Assembly: GCA_040954595.2 (NCBI GenBank)
Contig: CM082588.2
Coordinates: 9,594,844 to 9,658,843, forward strand
Direction: 5' to 3'
Length of the DNA stretch: 64,000 nt
Source: Balanoglossus misakiensis
Taxonomy: Eukaryota > Animalia > Hemichordata
Below are positions 26,401-37,292 of this stretch, one piece after another. The position numbers and the translations under genes are program-made. The notes under the pieces are model-generated. The model did no database searches. It saw nothing but the letters and a program-made list of their open reading frames with translations, and had not been told where the DNA came from. The number at the start of each line of letters is the position of its first letter. The first letter of the stretch is position 1.

Positions 26401-28567
26401 ACGGAGTTCAGACGAATCAAAAGCAGATACTCCGAATGACATAAAATCCAGATGTATGTCATGTAAAATTGACAGCTCTTCCTTAGCAAGCCAGTGTTCT
26501 TGTAAAAGACAAATATCATGGGTTTCACACAATTCATACACAGAATGAAAGCTTGATTTCACAGAGCGACAGTTAAATGACACAATCCGTAAACTATTTT
26601 TGCGTTTTGTCATGGCGTCTGAGATTTATAGTATTTTCTTACAAGAGTATCCTGAGGCCAATTTACAGGATCAAGGGCAACTCTAATGTCTACATCAGAT
26701 AATTCAACCATAAAAGAAGCATACATATCATACTTTGTTTTCAGTTTTGTACAGTTCACACCTACATCAAATTTGTCCGCAGCATAGCGCTCAACATTTT
26801 CACATGTTGTTGCTGGATTCAGCCGGGACACGAAAAGTGTACATACACGCCGCGGTCTTGCGCCTTGAAGGCCAGCTGTAGTACTCAGCGCAGTTCCAAT
26901 CACAGGCTGGGTTCTCTTAAGAGGGATCTGGGGGTGAAAGGCTTGACAGAGCCTTTTGCTGAGGATCTAGACAGGGATTCAAGACTGAGAAAAAAACCCA
27001 GAAAAGGCCCTCTGGTATAAACATGTTTTTGTGGTCCATGTGTGTCACTAGTGTGGGTATAGCCCTGACATTGTTCCTAAATCACCAGTGGCAATATTGT
27101 GGCGTTGATGAGTTTTTTTTCGATCACTATAGCCGAGATGGTTTGGCCAGGCAAGGCTAGACTTGGCCTGGGTTTCGCGGTTTCCCTATGTATGATCAGC
27201 CATGCACACATCTACATACTGGTATGTGTGTCACTAAGATATATGCACAATTTCATTTGAATAAATGTCTCAAAACATAAGTATCTTTCCCCATTGTTTA
27301 TTCACAGATGTTCCAAATCGAGAGTACCCTACCAGATTCAGATGACGTCATTGTTCTTGATCCCCAATGGTTATGTTCTAGAATATTCGGTCCCATGCTG
27401 GCTCCTGAAATATTTGAGCAGTTTGCAAACCGCTTGCCACGGAAGTCCTTACATATGAGAAGCGAAATTGAGGAAGTTTTCCATGGTCTGGCAGATATTG
27501 ATTTGCTGATAAATCTTCTCAAAGAGTTTGCCCTTCTCTACGAGGTCATTTCTGAATCCAATACTGTAACTGGGTATGTAATACCTGGGTTGTTGGACGC
27601 AGATATGCCTGCAAATCAGTGGAAACAGGATGCTACTAAGAAGATTTACTATGGTAGACGGTTCCAATGCAGAGATGATGCTGATAGTTTCTCGCCAGGA
27701 TTTTCCCCCCGACTTAACGCCCGAATAGAACGCCATTTCCGAAAGATCAACCGACGGACAAGTGGTATATGGAAAAATGGCATCAAAGTGTGTCACAATG
27801 CAGAAGGCTTGGTGTATATGACAAAAGGTTGGAGAGCTATCCATGTTTGTGTTAGAGCAGAGAAAGAAGAGGAAATCGGCGAATGCTACAAATTATTAGA
27901 GACAATAACTGATATTGTCTATGAAGTGTTAGAGATCTGCTGTCCTGGTACAAGACTTGACATCCACGTGTTGAGTTCAGATTCTCTTCGAATCCATCGC
28001 AACCCTGAAGATGTCACATTCTATACATTGAAGCAAATTCGGGAAGCAGAAGAGAGGAATGAGAAGGTGTACAACGAGGAGATGGTGATTTCAGAAGCGG
28101 CTACTGACTTTCTTTGTGCTGGGTATGATACAACCATCCTCTGACACAGTGGATATGAAAGTGATGTCAAGTGGATGCTGAAGGATGCCCTCAAGATATT
28201 TTCTAATATCATGGATATCATCCGTTTACCCGGCAATGACTACAGGGCTATGGCAGACTTGATGGGGATCCCTCGCATGGAGGTGGATTCATGGCAATAC
28301 AGTGCATTGATTCAATCCCCAACACAACATGCTTTATCTGTTTGGTCCAAGGGCTGTGGAGGACAACAACGTGCAGGCCAACAGCCAACTGCAGATAAGA
28401 AATTCTGTAAGAGCAATTTTTCCAACCTGGTTAAAATTTTTGAGCAAGAAAGTTGTGATGTCTACGCTGCCAGAGAAGAAATACATGAGATGTTCCGAAA
28501 ACTTGGTGTGTCAGCTGATCATCATGATGTTGAAGGTGACATGGCTAATCTACATCTTACATCTTAA
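8312..28567 (+). CDS. Multi-exon ROCO gene: ankyrin repeats-Roc GTPase-COR-death domain (DAPK1-like C-terminal architecture, no kinase seen); two in-frame TGA codons, possibly a pseudogene
   Basis: Frame-compatible exons: 8312-8410, 27 ankyrin exons in 9739-16319, 17579-17689, 18496-18555, 19278-19406, 19848-20132, 20439-20565, 20927-21075, 22835-23014 and 27308-28567. Motifs: P-loop GYGGNGKTT, WDFAGQ, GSKAD, COR IVLDPQWLC, death-like DYRAMADLMG...SPTQHALSVW. About 1740 aa if all exons (including the candidate first exon) are joined and the stops are read through. Confidence 0.85.
9739..16500 (+). repeat. Tandem array of 27 complete ~250-bp exon+intron units plus one degenerate unit, each exon encoding one ankyrin repeat
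   Basis: Unit: ...cattacttacag|GATGGAGACACTCCT...CAAAACAAG|gtaaatacc...; 8 exons of 99 nt and 19 of 102 nt, all phase 0-0. Peptide DGDTP[L/S]H[Y/D]AARR[V/D]G(G)[E/K/D]GLVRLL[L/S]EHKAD[AN/VT]IQNK. Confidence 0.97.
17579..18555 (+). CDS. Two ROCO linker exons (17579-17689 with a GC donor; 18496-18555)
   Basis: ttttcag|AACGTAGTGACTCCT...TATCAG|gcaagt and tacag|GCAGTT...CATAAG|gtacgt; both open and phase 0-0. Confidence 0.65.
18115..18288. mobile_element. Palindromic MITE with a ~30-bp duplication in one arm
   Basis: GCAATAAAACACCCCCAGCCATGGTATACCACTCG... mirrored by ...CGAGTGGTATACCATGGCTGGGGGTGTTTTATTGC. Confidence 0.8.
19278..21075 (+). CDS. Roc GTPase domain exons (19278-19406, 19848-20132, 20439-20565, 20927-21075)
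   Basis: G1 KIVLAGYGGNGKTTL, switch I YTPTPAIDV, G3 VWDFAGQTEYYVTH, G4 VILIGSKAD. In-frame TGA at 19314-19316. Confidence 0.9.
21298..21993 (+). mobile_element. ~700-bp non-autonomous DNA transposon (possibly Harbinger-like); second copy inverted at 41911-42606
   Basis: Termini GGGCGTTCTCACT...AGTGAGAACAAGAC. A highly similar reverse-complement copy lies at 41911-42606. Confidence 0.8.
22835..23014 (+). CDS. ROCO exon: start of the COR domain (REEYIPKLC...ATRYLHYLGE)
   Basis: ttacag acceptor, gtaagt donor, 180 nt; YLHxLGE COR motif. Confidence 0.85.
23090..23302. mobile_element. Tc1/mariner-type MITE with TA TSD
   Basis: TA|CTGTAAAACAGGTT...AACCTGTTTTACAG|TA. Confidence 0.8.
23641..26915 (-). 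mobile_element. 5'-truncated non-LTR retrotransposon (APE+RT LINE, RTEX- or CR1-group-like), antisense in the last ROCO intron
   Basis: ORF1 C-terminus at 26610-26903 (LFVSRL...YASF...WP). ORF2 endonuclease motifs SFNCRS, LQEHWL, GDWNA, SDHIP. RT motifs FLDASKAFDRVNH, GVRQGGVLSP, YADD. 3' AATAAA followed by a (TAT)n tail. Confidence 0.93.
23786..26613 (-). pseudogene. LINE ORF2 (endonuclease/reverse transcriptase), disrupted
   Basis: Split into pieces at 26023-26613, 24908-25819 and 23786-24760 by a nonsense codon and frameshifts. Confidence 0.9.
27308..28567 (+). CDS. Terminal ROCO exon: COR domain plus death-domain-like C-terminus; in-frame TGA at 28142-28144
   Basis: ttcacag acceptor. 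ORFs 27308-28144 and 28175-28567 are in the same frame (TTIL*HSGYESDVKWMLKD). Confidence 0.88.
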
Positions 28568-31500
28568 GATGATGACATCAACATCTCTGAAGCAGACCAT
28601 TGTGACGTCAGTATATCAATTTCTGATTAGTATGGCAAACGATGGCAGTATTTCCATGGAACTTGTTGCAATGTCTGAGAAATTTAACTGAGTAACGTAA
28701 TGTGTGTGTGCAAGGAAAAGGTTCCGTACACACATACTGTTATAAGCCCTGCAGAGAAATCAAATCCAATACACCAAACCACCCTCCACCATTACTGTCT
28801 TCTCAATAACCAGGCTGTACAACGAGGAGATGGTGATTGCAGAAACAGCTACCAACAGGTGACACAACTAAAGATAAATGAATGGAATCTGTGACATAGA
28901 TCTAGCATGAGATAACAGAAAGTGAATTACCCAAATACAGTACAAGACCATCCTGCAGATACTGACCTATTTGAAGTGTATGTAATGGTTAATTACAAAT
29001 TAAATCACTCTAAGGAACATGATGTCATGTCAGCTTCACAGGATGGAGACACATGCAAATAAAGTGAGTCAATTACAATTATGAGAAAGTGACAACTAAG
29101 AAATTGTCATGTTGAGTTTACAAACTGCAGCTAATGACATCAATGACCATTATAGCAAAATAAAGTTGATTTTTTAAAAATTCTAGTGATTTTTGTGATT
29201 TGTTGCAACATTTTTTATTCGAATTATTGTTTTCACCAAAAAGCTGTACAGTAATATTTTAATCCTGATCATCAATATCTTCAGTAGAAACATTACTTTT
29301 GTTTGTTGACAGATTTAGGAAATTCACTCTATGTTTTGCAGATGTTCATTTTGAGCCAAAAAAGCTGAAACATACATATCCTGTCAGTATACAATGTCTC
29401 TGATTTGTAAAGCCAAATTAGTTTGTAAAGAGTTAGTTTGTTTCAAATTGCACTAACAATAATTCCAATAAGTTTAAGCAGAAATCTGAAACACTTGTTA
29501 AGAACATGTTCACAATGATTTTGTGTAATGTTCTGGACTTCAGTTTTGATGTGTACTATTTCCCAAAAGCAAATGACTAACCAAGAATATGCAATTTAAG
29601 AGAGGTTGTCATACACTTCTTGCTTTCAATTACATTGAACACACTCTCAACATCTTTTTTCTATGTACACAAGTTGTCACTTCAAGATCATTCATATTAG
29701 GATTGAGAAACTATTTTCTTAATTTTGAATTATAAACTAATACAGACATCACCATTCACATTTTGCAGACATGCTATTTAGGTGGTCGACATATCTTTAT
29801 ATTTTTAGTATTAAAATGTGGGAAGAGTCACTTTGAAAACAGAAAAAAATTTGCTTTCTCAAAAATAAAAATACTTCAAATTTTCCCAATACACATTGAA
29901 TGGTGGCCATCTTGATTTTAAAATTTGAATCAGTTTCGCTTTATCATTCAAAATTATGCCTGTTTAAAGGATATAAGAGTAAAAATCTCGCCAAAATGAA
30001 TAAACGGTAGAGACCGATTATTCATTTTGACGAGTGTTTTACTCTCGTGTCTACAAGTGGGATGGAAGTTGTGGGTAGTCGAACGTTGATTCACTATATA
30101 TCCACAGTCTTGTATCAAACATAATTAACAGAAAAATGGCAGCAAGAGAGAGATTTTGTCCCTTTAAATGTTATTCCATGTATGACCTCATCTTGGATAT
30201 GAATATTATCTGTTACCAATCCTTGCAATGCAGTTTCCATAACTGCAGTTTTACAGTTCTTTTTCATGAGGACTTGAGAAATGAATTATTTACTGCTTCT
30301 TCACAGCCAGAAAGATTCTTTATAGGTTTTTAAAATCCTTGATGTGTTCAAAATAAATCTTTTACTTTTGCAATCTTTTGTGTATATGTGTGTCCATTGT
30401 TAGCATTCCCCCCCACCCCCCACCCCCCGAGTTGAACACGGGCTGCCAAATTATTGCAATACAAGACATGAACTATTCCTACTGCTTCTCATGTTTGGTT
30501 TTAATGTGCACCTTCAAAATCAGTCATATTCTCCTCAATTCAACTTTAGATTATTCTTGCTTAAAACAAAGAATACAGATTAATTATTCACCGTAAAAAT
30601 TTGAATGACAAAAATTGTCTCAAATTTGAAATTCAAAATGGCCGCTATAACTCCATGGTGAACATTGTTTATTTTTTTATGAAACCAAGGTGATGAAAAT
30701 CTTTTTTTTTTTTCAAATCGACTTCATATACACTTTAATACAAAAACATGGAAGAGTTTGGAGGACTGATCTTTGTGAAAATAACCAACTTAATGAATTT
30801 TTGTTTCACTCAACTACTGGAAAGTAAACTGTGCTTTGATTGGTTGCTGACTGAGACAAATGTGTAGATAACCAATCACAACACAGCTACCTTCATGATT
30901 GAGCATGTAGAAAGTGTAGTCTCCCTCAGAAATCGCCCAAAACATCGCTATTAATGCGAGCAGAGGATAGCATGTATGAACTTTGACATGAAATTGGTAG
31001 TTACCCTGGTTACGACGTTGATTTGTGACTGGTACACTTTCCACCCTTTGAAGAAAGAAAAAAAAGAAACAAGTTCTTTTCTGTGCAACACTTCAGAGTC
31101 ACAAGTGATTTTCATCAAGAGAAACTTCTATCAGGCTAATTTTACTTGAAATGTTTGAAGAATTGGCACTGGGTTGATTTTATTTTGGAGTGAGTTAAGT
31201 ACTCAGGGAGTCATCATTTGGTATCCCCAGGGGGGTCTAGATGCTGTTTTCTGATGGGAGAGACAATTCATTCCAGTGGAATGTGACACTTAGGAAATAA
31301 ATAGACCATAGCACCAAAAAGAACAATTTCAGAATAAAATCCCTCATAACATATCAGCTCACAATCAGAATGCAGATAAGTATATGAGATAAGAGAAATT
31401 CCAACAAATGTCTTCATATTTGACTTCCAGTCCAACTTGAGTGGAAATGGCATAAACTTCAATGATTTTGTGCCCTTGAGCAAGGCACTTTCTATTCTCA

Positions 31501-32056
31501 TTGATCTGGGGGGACTGACTTTGTATAGATGATTGTTCTAGTCATCCTATCCTAGGTAGACAACATTTCTGTGTTTGATATGGATGAATTTAATAAATTA
31601 AAAACTGCATCGTTAGCCATTTTTGAATGCTGCTAAATAATAAATATATCCAGAATTTGATAAAACAATTCTATTTGAAATCCATTGTTTTCTTTGGCAA
31701 TATATGACCATAATTTTGTCGCAAATATATAAATGGTATATATACAGTATTATATTATATCATGCTACCGTCCGCAATTCTGATTGGACGAGAGCTCAAT
31801 CCAGCGATGCTAAAATACTCTTAATGCACTGCTGGCAGAGCTAAAACGGGCCCCTGCTGAACTGGCATATGGCAGCAAAAACCACAGTCGCGCGTGTTTA
31901 AACCAAATAAATAAAACAACAATACTGTTGAATTAACGGACGTTTTATTTTGAAATTGCTCTGTGGAAATATTTTTCACTTTGCCACGCGCGATGCCCGT
32001 CTTGTCACTTTTTGTCGTCTGCTTCATGTTTAATGCTCGATCCCGGCTGGATCCCG

Positions 32057-32204
32057 GCCTTGCCGTTGTATGGGCATGCGAACGATTCCACTTGTATGTA
32101 TATGGTCAGAAATTCACCATTGTGACAGACCACAAGCCGTTGGTCCACATATACAACAATCCAATTTCGAAACCACCTGCCAGAATCGAACGTTGGGCAC
32201 TGAA
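32057..32204 (+). mobile_element. Isolated Ty3/gypsy RNase H fragment
   Basis: LAVVWACERFHLYVYGQKFTIVTDHKPLVHIYN...PPARIERWAL matches the gypsy pol RNase H motif. No LTRs or other pol parts were seen nearby. Confidence 0.8.
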
Positions 32205-35200
32205 GCCGTCGGCACAGAAATTAAAAAGAAGAAGAAGAAGAAGAAAATGAGCACGAGTTACACGTCTATAAAATTTACAGCTTGTTGAAATTAGGAAGGT
32301 TACTTTTCAATATCAGTAGCGCGATACGAGACAAACAACCCTCTATATACCGATAAGAAGTTGTTACCATGGTGATAAAATAAACATCTGTAAGACTGAG
32401 ATCTGTCAATTATTTTTTTTCATTCATGCATAAGAAATAGATCACTAATCGAAAAATTAAAATTAAATCTTAATACTCAACAACAGGGTTCGGCCTTAAT
32501 GTCAAAATTACTCTATTCTATAAATAGCTCTCAACGGTTAGATTTTTTGAAAGTAAATTATTGCTGATGGTTGGAATACTTAATTTTCAATCTCAGATTC
32601 CGTGAAAATATTACAAAATAATACAGGATAAAGTCGATGGCGTTTTAATTGTCACTAATGCATTCTATACGTCCCCTGGAGGTAACCCAGGGAGATTCCT
32701 GAACGAAACAGGGATGGTGTCCCATTGTGAAGGTTGTCTATGGGAGGAAACTGATGGGCAGGCCTAGGGCTTTAGTTTTCCAGCTGAAAAATTAATGCGT
32801 TTCGTGTTTATTTATCTGGGATGTGCCTAAAGTACCCCAAACCTTCCGTTTCTACAGTCAACTTGTCGTCATATTTCATTTTTCTAAAATTGTGAAAAGA
32901 ACACAAAACAATTTAAATTTGCTTCTCCAAGAACATTTTACTTCTGTTCTACAAAATAAAGGGGGAAAAATGTGTCATTTGTCTGTCGATGTTTAAAGGG
33001 GCAATTTTCAATCCCTGGTTTTCGCATTAGTAGGTGCTCCTCCTAGTCAAACATTAGGCTAGTTGCGATGTTTAACCTACAGTACGTTAAAAACACACTC
33101 CAATCACAACAGTTTACCACCTTAGCTAATCCTATAAAGGGTGCTAGGTATTACAGATAACGATAACGGCCGTGCCATGGTCTAGCTGCACACGAGTACA
33201 GTAGAGACTGTTTACGGTCAACTGGAAAGCAAGAGGCCGATCGCTCTAACCACTTCGACGCTCAATTCTCCCAAGCGCGCACAGGTGCAAGCTCTGGAAT
33301 GCGATCGCGAAACTTCGGACAATGCTCTGTAAAGTAAGCCCTACAACGCAATCTCGCACAAAGAAGCTGTATTCACCTCACTATGATCTGAAATCAGCGT
33401 GTATTGATTCTTACTTGCATTTGTCCTGCGAGGCAGGACCGTCTTGATGACGACTTTGACCTCAAGCAATTGTGATTGGAGGCGCAGCCGGCAGCATGCA
33501 AAACAGTCATCCTGCATGCATGACCGGCTACCGTACCACGCGTCGGTCAATCCACTTGCGCACGGCTGGGGCGGCTCGGCACAGGCCTGTCTATAATTTT
33601 CCTATCAACTTGAGAGCGGATCGCTACTCAAAATAGGCGTTGAAATGTCTGAATTCGCGATCATCAAGTTTATAGATCGACATCGATACAAACCCAGTTC
33701 AAGCTAGACTGATCCCCGGAAATGAACGATGCGAAAATGTCCGCTTTAATTGCTGACAATCGCGATCGTGGCGTCGGTAATTTTTGAAGGGAGCTCAGAT
33801 GCTTGTCGAAAATTCCACATGAAAGGAATACAAGTCGAATTACCAAAACTATAAATGATTGGCAGCATGTCTTGATACTTGGTGCGTCATGATTTGCAGG
33901 TAGAAAGTCCTATCTATTGCTATTGCGACATGGGCCTATAGGCGCGGCTATATGCACTCGTGAAGCTGTCGCGCCCGTGTACAGCAGCACGCACGCTCAG
34001 GCACAGTTACGTTAGCATTCAAATATCCAGATGACGGGCAACTTCAATAGCGTGGAGGCATTATACCTGATACATGGTACGTGTCTGGCGGTTTTTAAAA
34101 TAAAAACATACTTGGAAAAATCTTTTACTGAATGGCGAAATATTGCTTGCCCGTCACTTGGAAATGACAACGCCGTGGGTCACATGGCCAGATCACGTGA
34201 TTGATAGCAAAACAATTCTTTGACTGACTTTCTGCGTTTCCGTACGTTTCGATATTTCATCAAATCCGGGCATCACTGAAGTCAAGAGTCCGTTTAAGGT
34301 TTTTTAAGAGACGACATTATTGTACATATTATAATGCGATACATCTTTATTTTTGGCAGTTTTCTTTGAGTGGTGATTGTTTTTGACAAAAATGAATGGT
34401 ACATTAAAATAACACCAAAGTCATATCCTCGGGTGTGTAGTGTACTTCTTTATTCACTTTTATATGTGAGTATGTGTGCCTGTGTAATGATTTGTGCATT
34501 TCTTTTTAATTTTTTATTACGAAGTGTTTTGGTGATTACGGTAGTTCTCTTTTTGAAGGATGTGGTGGCCCTGATAAGGGCCGTTTGGTATGTGTATGCA
34601 CTAGAGCGTACGTCTCTGGGTTTCTACAGAGAGGCACTAAAAACTTCTTCGACAAAACGCCTCCACACATTGGTCCTCCAACGACTTGTTTTTTCCGTCA
34701 ATACCCTGCGCTCAGACCTCCTCCTGTACTGCCTTCCTCGCCGACTCTTCCTGGTATTGGTTGACACCACTTTCGCTTCTGCGTCATATTTTATTGTTTT
34801 GTCAGTGATAAGCTTGCACAGAAACATTGTAAATTATCATGGGGAAAACATGAACACACTCGGAAATAAAATAAAACTTACCCAGTCCAGACAGGTGAGA
34901 TCACTCCTGAATTTATAGGAGTTTTTTTTTAATGGGATGCGCAACATTGTTGAAGCTCTCAACATAGTGTGTGTCTTTACATTAGAATGGAAAATAAAAT
35001 AAAATCTTTACAAAGAGTAGAGACTTTGGTTTTCCATAATCGTGTCTGCATATAGCTGACAAAAACTACAGCATAATCTCGGTACAAGAAAGCCTGAGAG
35101 AAATACTGCTATGCTCTGTCTGCTGCATGGTGGTGTTCAAACACTGCACATTGTAACTACATGTACCTGTATTCTGAAATCGTGTTTCAAGCTAAACATT

Positions 35201-37292
35201 GTCATTCAATACACATAGCTAAGCACACCTACATTTACCTCATGCTATGTAATACTTAAAAAACTCACATCAACATAATTCTCTGGCTTCTTGTACAGCT
35301 GCGTCTTTCTAACTGCATGCCTCAGGAGGTCAGCTGCTTTCGATTGTCTGATTGGGTGGAACGATGCTTCGTAATTCGCGCTATTCCGACACCTCGATTT
35401 TGGGTCACACCCAGCGTGATTATCCTACAGATCGAAAAGATAACATGTACCGTCTATTTGATGGAATTTAAGAAGCACAGTCACGGTTTATTCCTGATGT
35501 TGGCATCCACAGATAACTTTAAAAGAATGTGTGATGGCGATGGTTACATTTTCAACTATTTTATTTAATCAAAAAAGTTATTTTTGTTTCATTCAAAGGT
35601 AATTACCTGATAATGAGCGACAATATTGTCTAATTTTTTTCGGATTAGCGCCGCTGCTTCGGTTCGTGCCCGGGTTGTGTTGCCATTGTCCAGAAGGTGT
35701 TGTTTTGCCCGTGTCATGGCCCAGTAGCAATGTGTCTTTACATTGGCCCCTGTGGAGAGGTGAACACATAGTTGAATTTGTAATAATTGTTATCACAAAC
35801 GAAATGGCTTTACGTTTAATATCTCCATTTTCAAAGCTGCATAAGAGAAAAAAAAAATATTCAACGCATAAAACTGAACATGAAACAGAAACTCGTAACC
35901 ACAGATACCTGACCAAAAGTGAAAACTTAACATTGCGATTGAGAAAACATAAAATGTGTGTGATTTTACCTTTATCTGCAAGTTCAGGGTGCCAGGTTAC
36001 GTTCATGTTTCGTTATGTCCCCGTGGTTACTCGTTTCATCTCTCGGCCTATTGCCTTGGTAACTGTAAAATAAAAACAAGCATTGATGTTACAGCTCCTC
36101 GCCTACGTGTACACGATGAAACAGAATCAATTAATGGTGCCTGGATTGATGCAACTCTGCCTTGAAAACAAACCTGAATACACATATTCACTTTCAAATT
36201 ATAAGTTTACAGATGATCAAAAGTCGTCAGCTAAAAATGTATGTGACGTCCTTATGTACATGTACTAAATTGGAGTGTTTTTGCTGCTACACCTTCCCCT
36301 GTCAAGTAAGAATGAAGCCTTACCATGCCATGTGTCGTTGCTGCTGATGGTATCTGGCCTTTCCTCTCGCAGGAATTTGTTTACAGACGCGTTGTTGTCG
36401 TGGCCATGAACTAAAATTGGAACCCCTGTAAATGTAATCATTTGCAATAGCCGGTTGTCAGTGTGACATATTTTCTTGCATAGAATTATAATTATCGTTT
36501 TATATGTGGTCCATGTACATGCCTCAAGTTTTGTAAAAACATTTAGCAAGGATTTTACTGATACTGATGGGAAAGCACCGTGTTAATACTATGTTTTACC
36601 TTTTTCATCAGCCCAGTTATAAAATCGCCTGATCCCAACCATCTCGTGTCTTTGGGAACACGGGTCATCGTGCTTCCTGACCAACTTCTTATGGATGCAC
36701 TTATGGGTTCTAAAACAAAGAAAAATAGTTACAAATAAAGTTATTCGAATTTAATCCACAATTGCCATATATTACAATAACAGTATACGTCAAAGCATGT
36801 GGCATGTCAGTTCGGAGAAGTGTGTTGATGCCAAACACAATACTCACTGTCGACAGAAATAGCGATGCGATTGAGTGCGTGTAAGGGTAACACATTACCA
36901 TACATATAACCATCATTGCCATAGAGATGAAAAATGTTATTTCTAACGAAAAGTTGTTACATACATGTCACCAAGTACAACTATGTCAGAGTTTTGTGCA
37001 TTCTTTCATGTACCGTGTCGTGCATCGCTCATATTTTCAATCCCCAGCTTAATGGTGCGGTCTTCCGATGCGATTTCCTGAAATTGGATTCAAAAACAAA
37101 ATGTATTAGGCCTATATGAACACACGGATAAAATGTGGCATGATAAAAATATCAAATAACATTTATTTAGTTGTTTTTGGGTGGTGAAATGTCATACCTC
37201 GTTTAATGCATCATCCATGGATTTGACCGCTTCATTGTGGACAGTTTGTCGGTACTTCTCAAAAACTGAATAAAAAAAAAAAGACGAGAAAT

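Noticed and set aside
29038-29052. 15-nt match (ACAGGATGGAGACAC) to the ankyrin acceptor and exon start, as an orphan cassette
   Set aside because: Similarity does not extend on either side, so it is compatible with chance.
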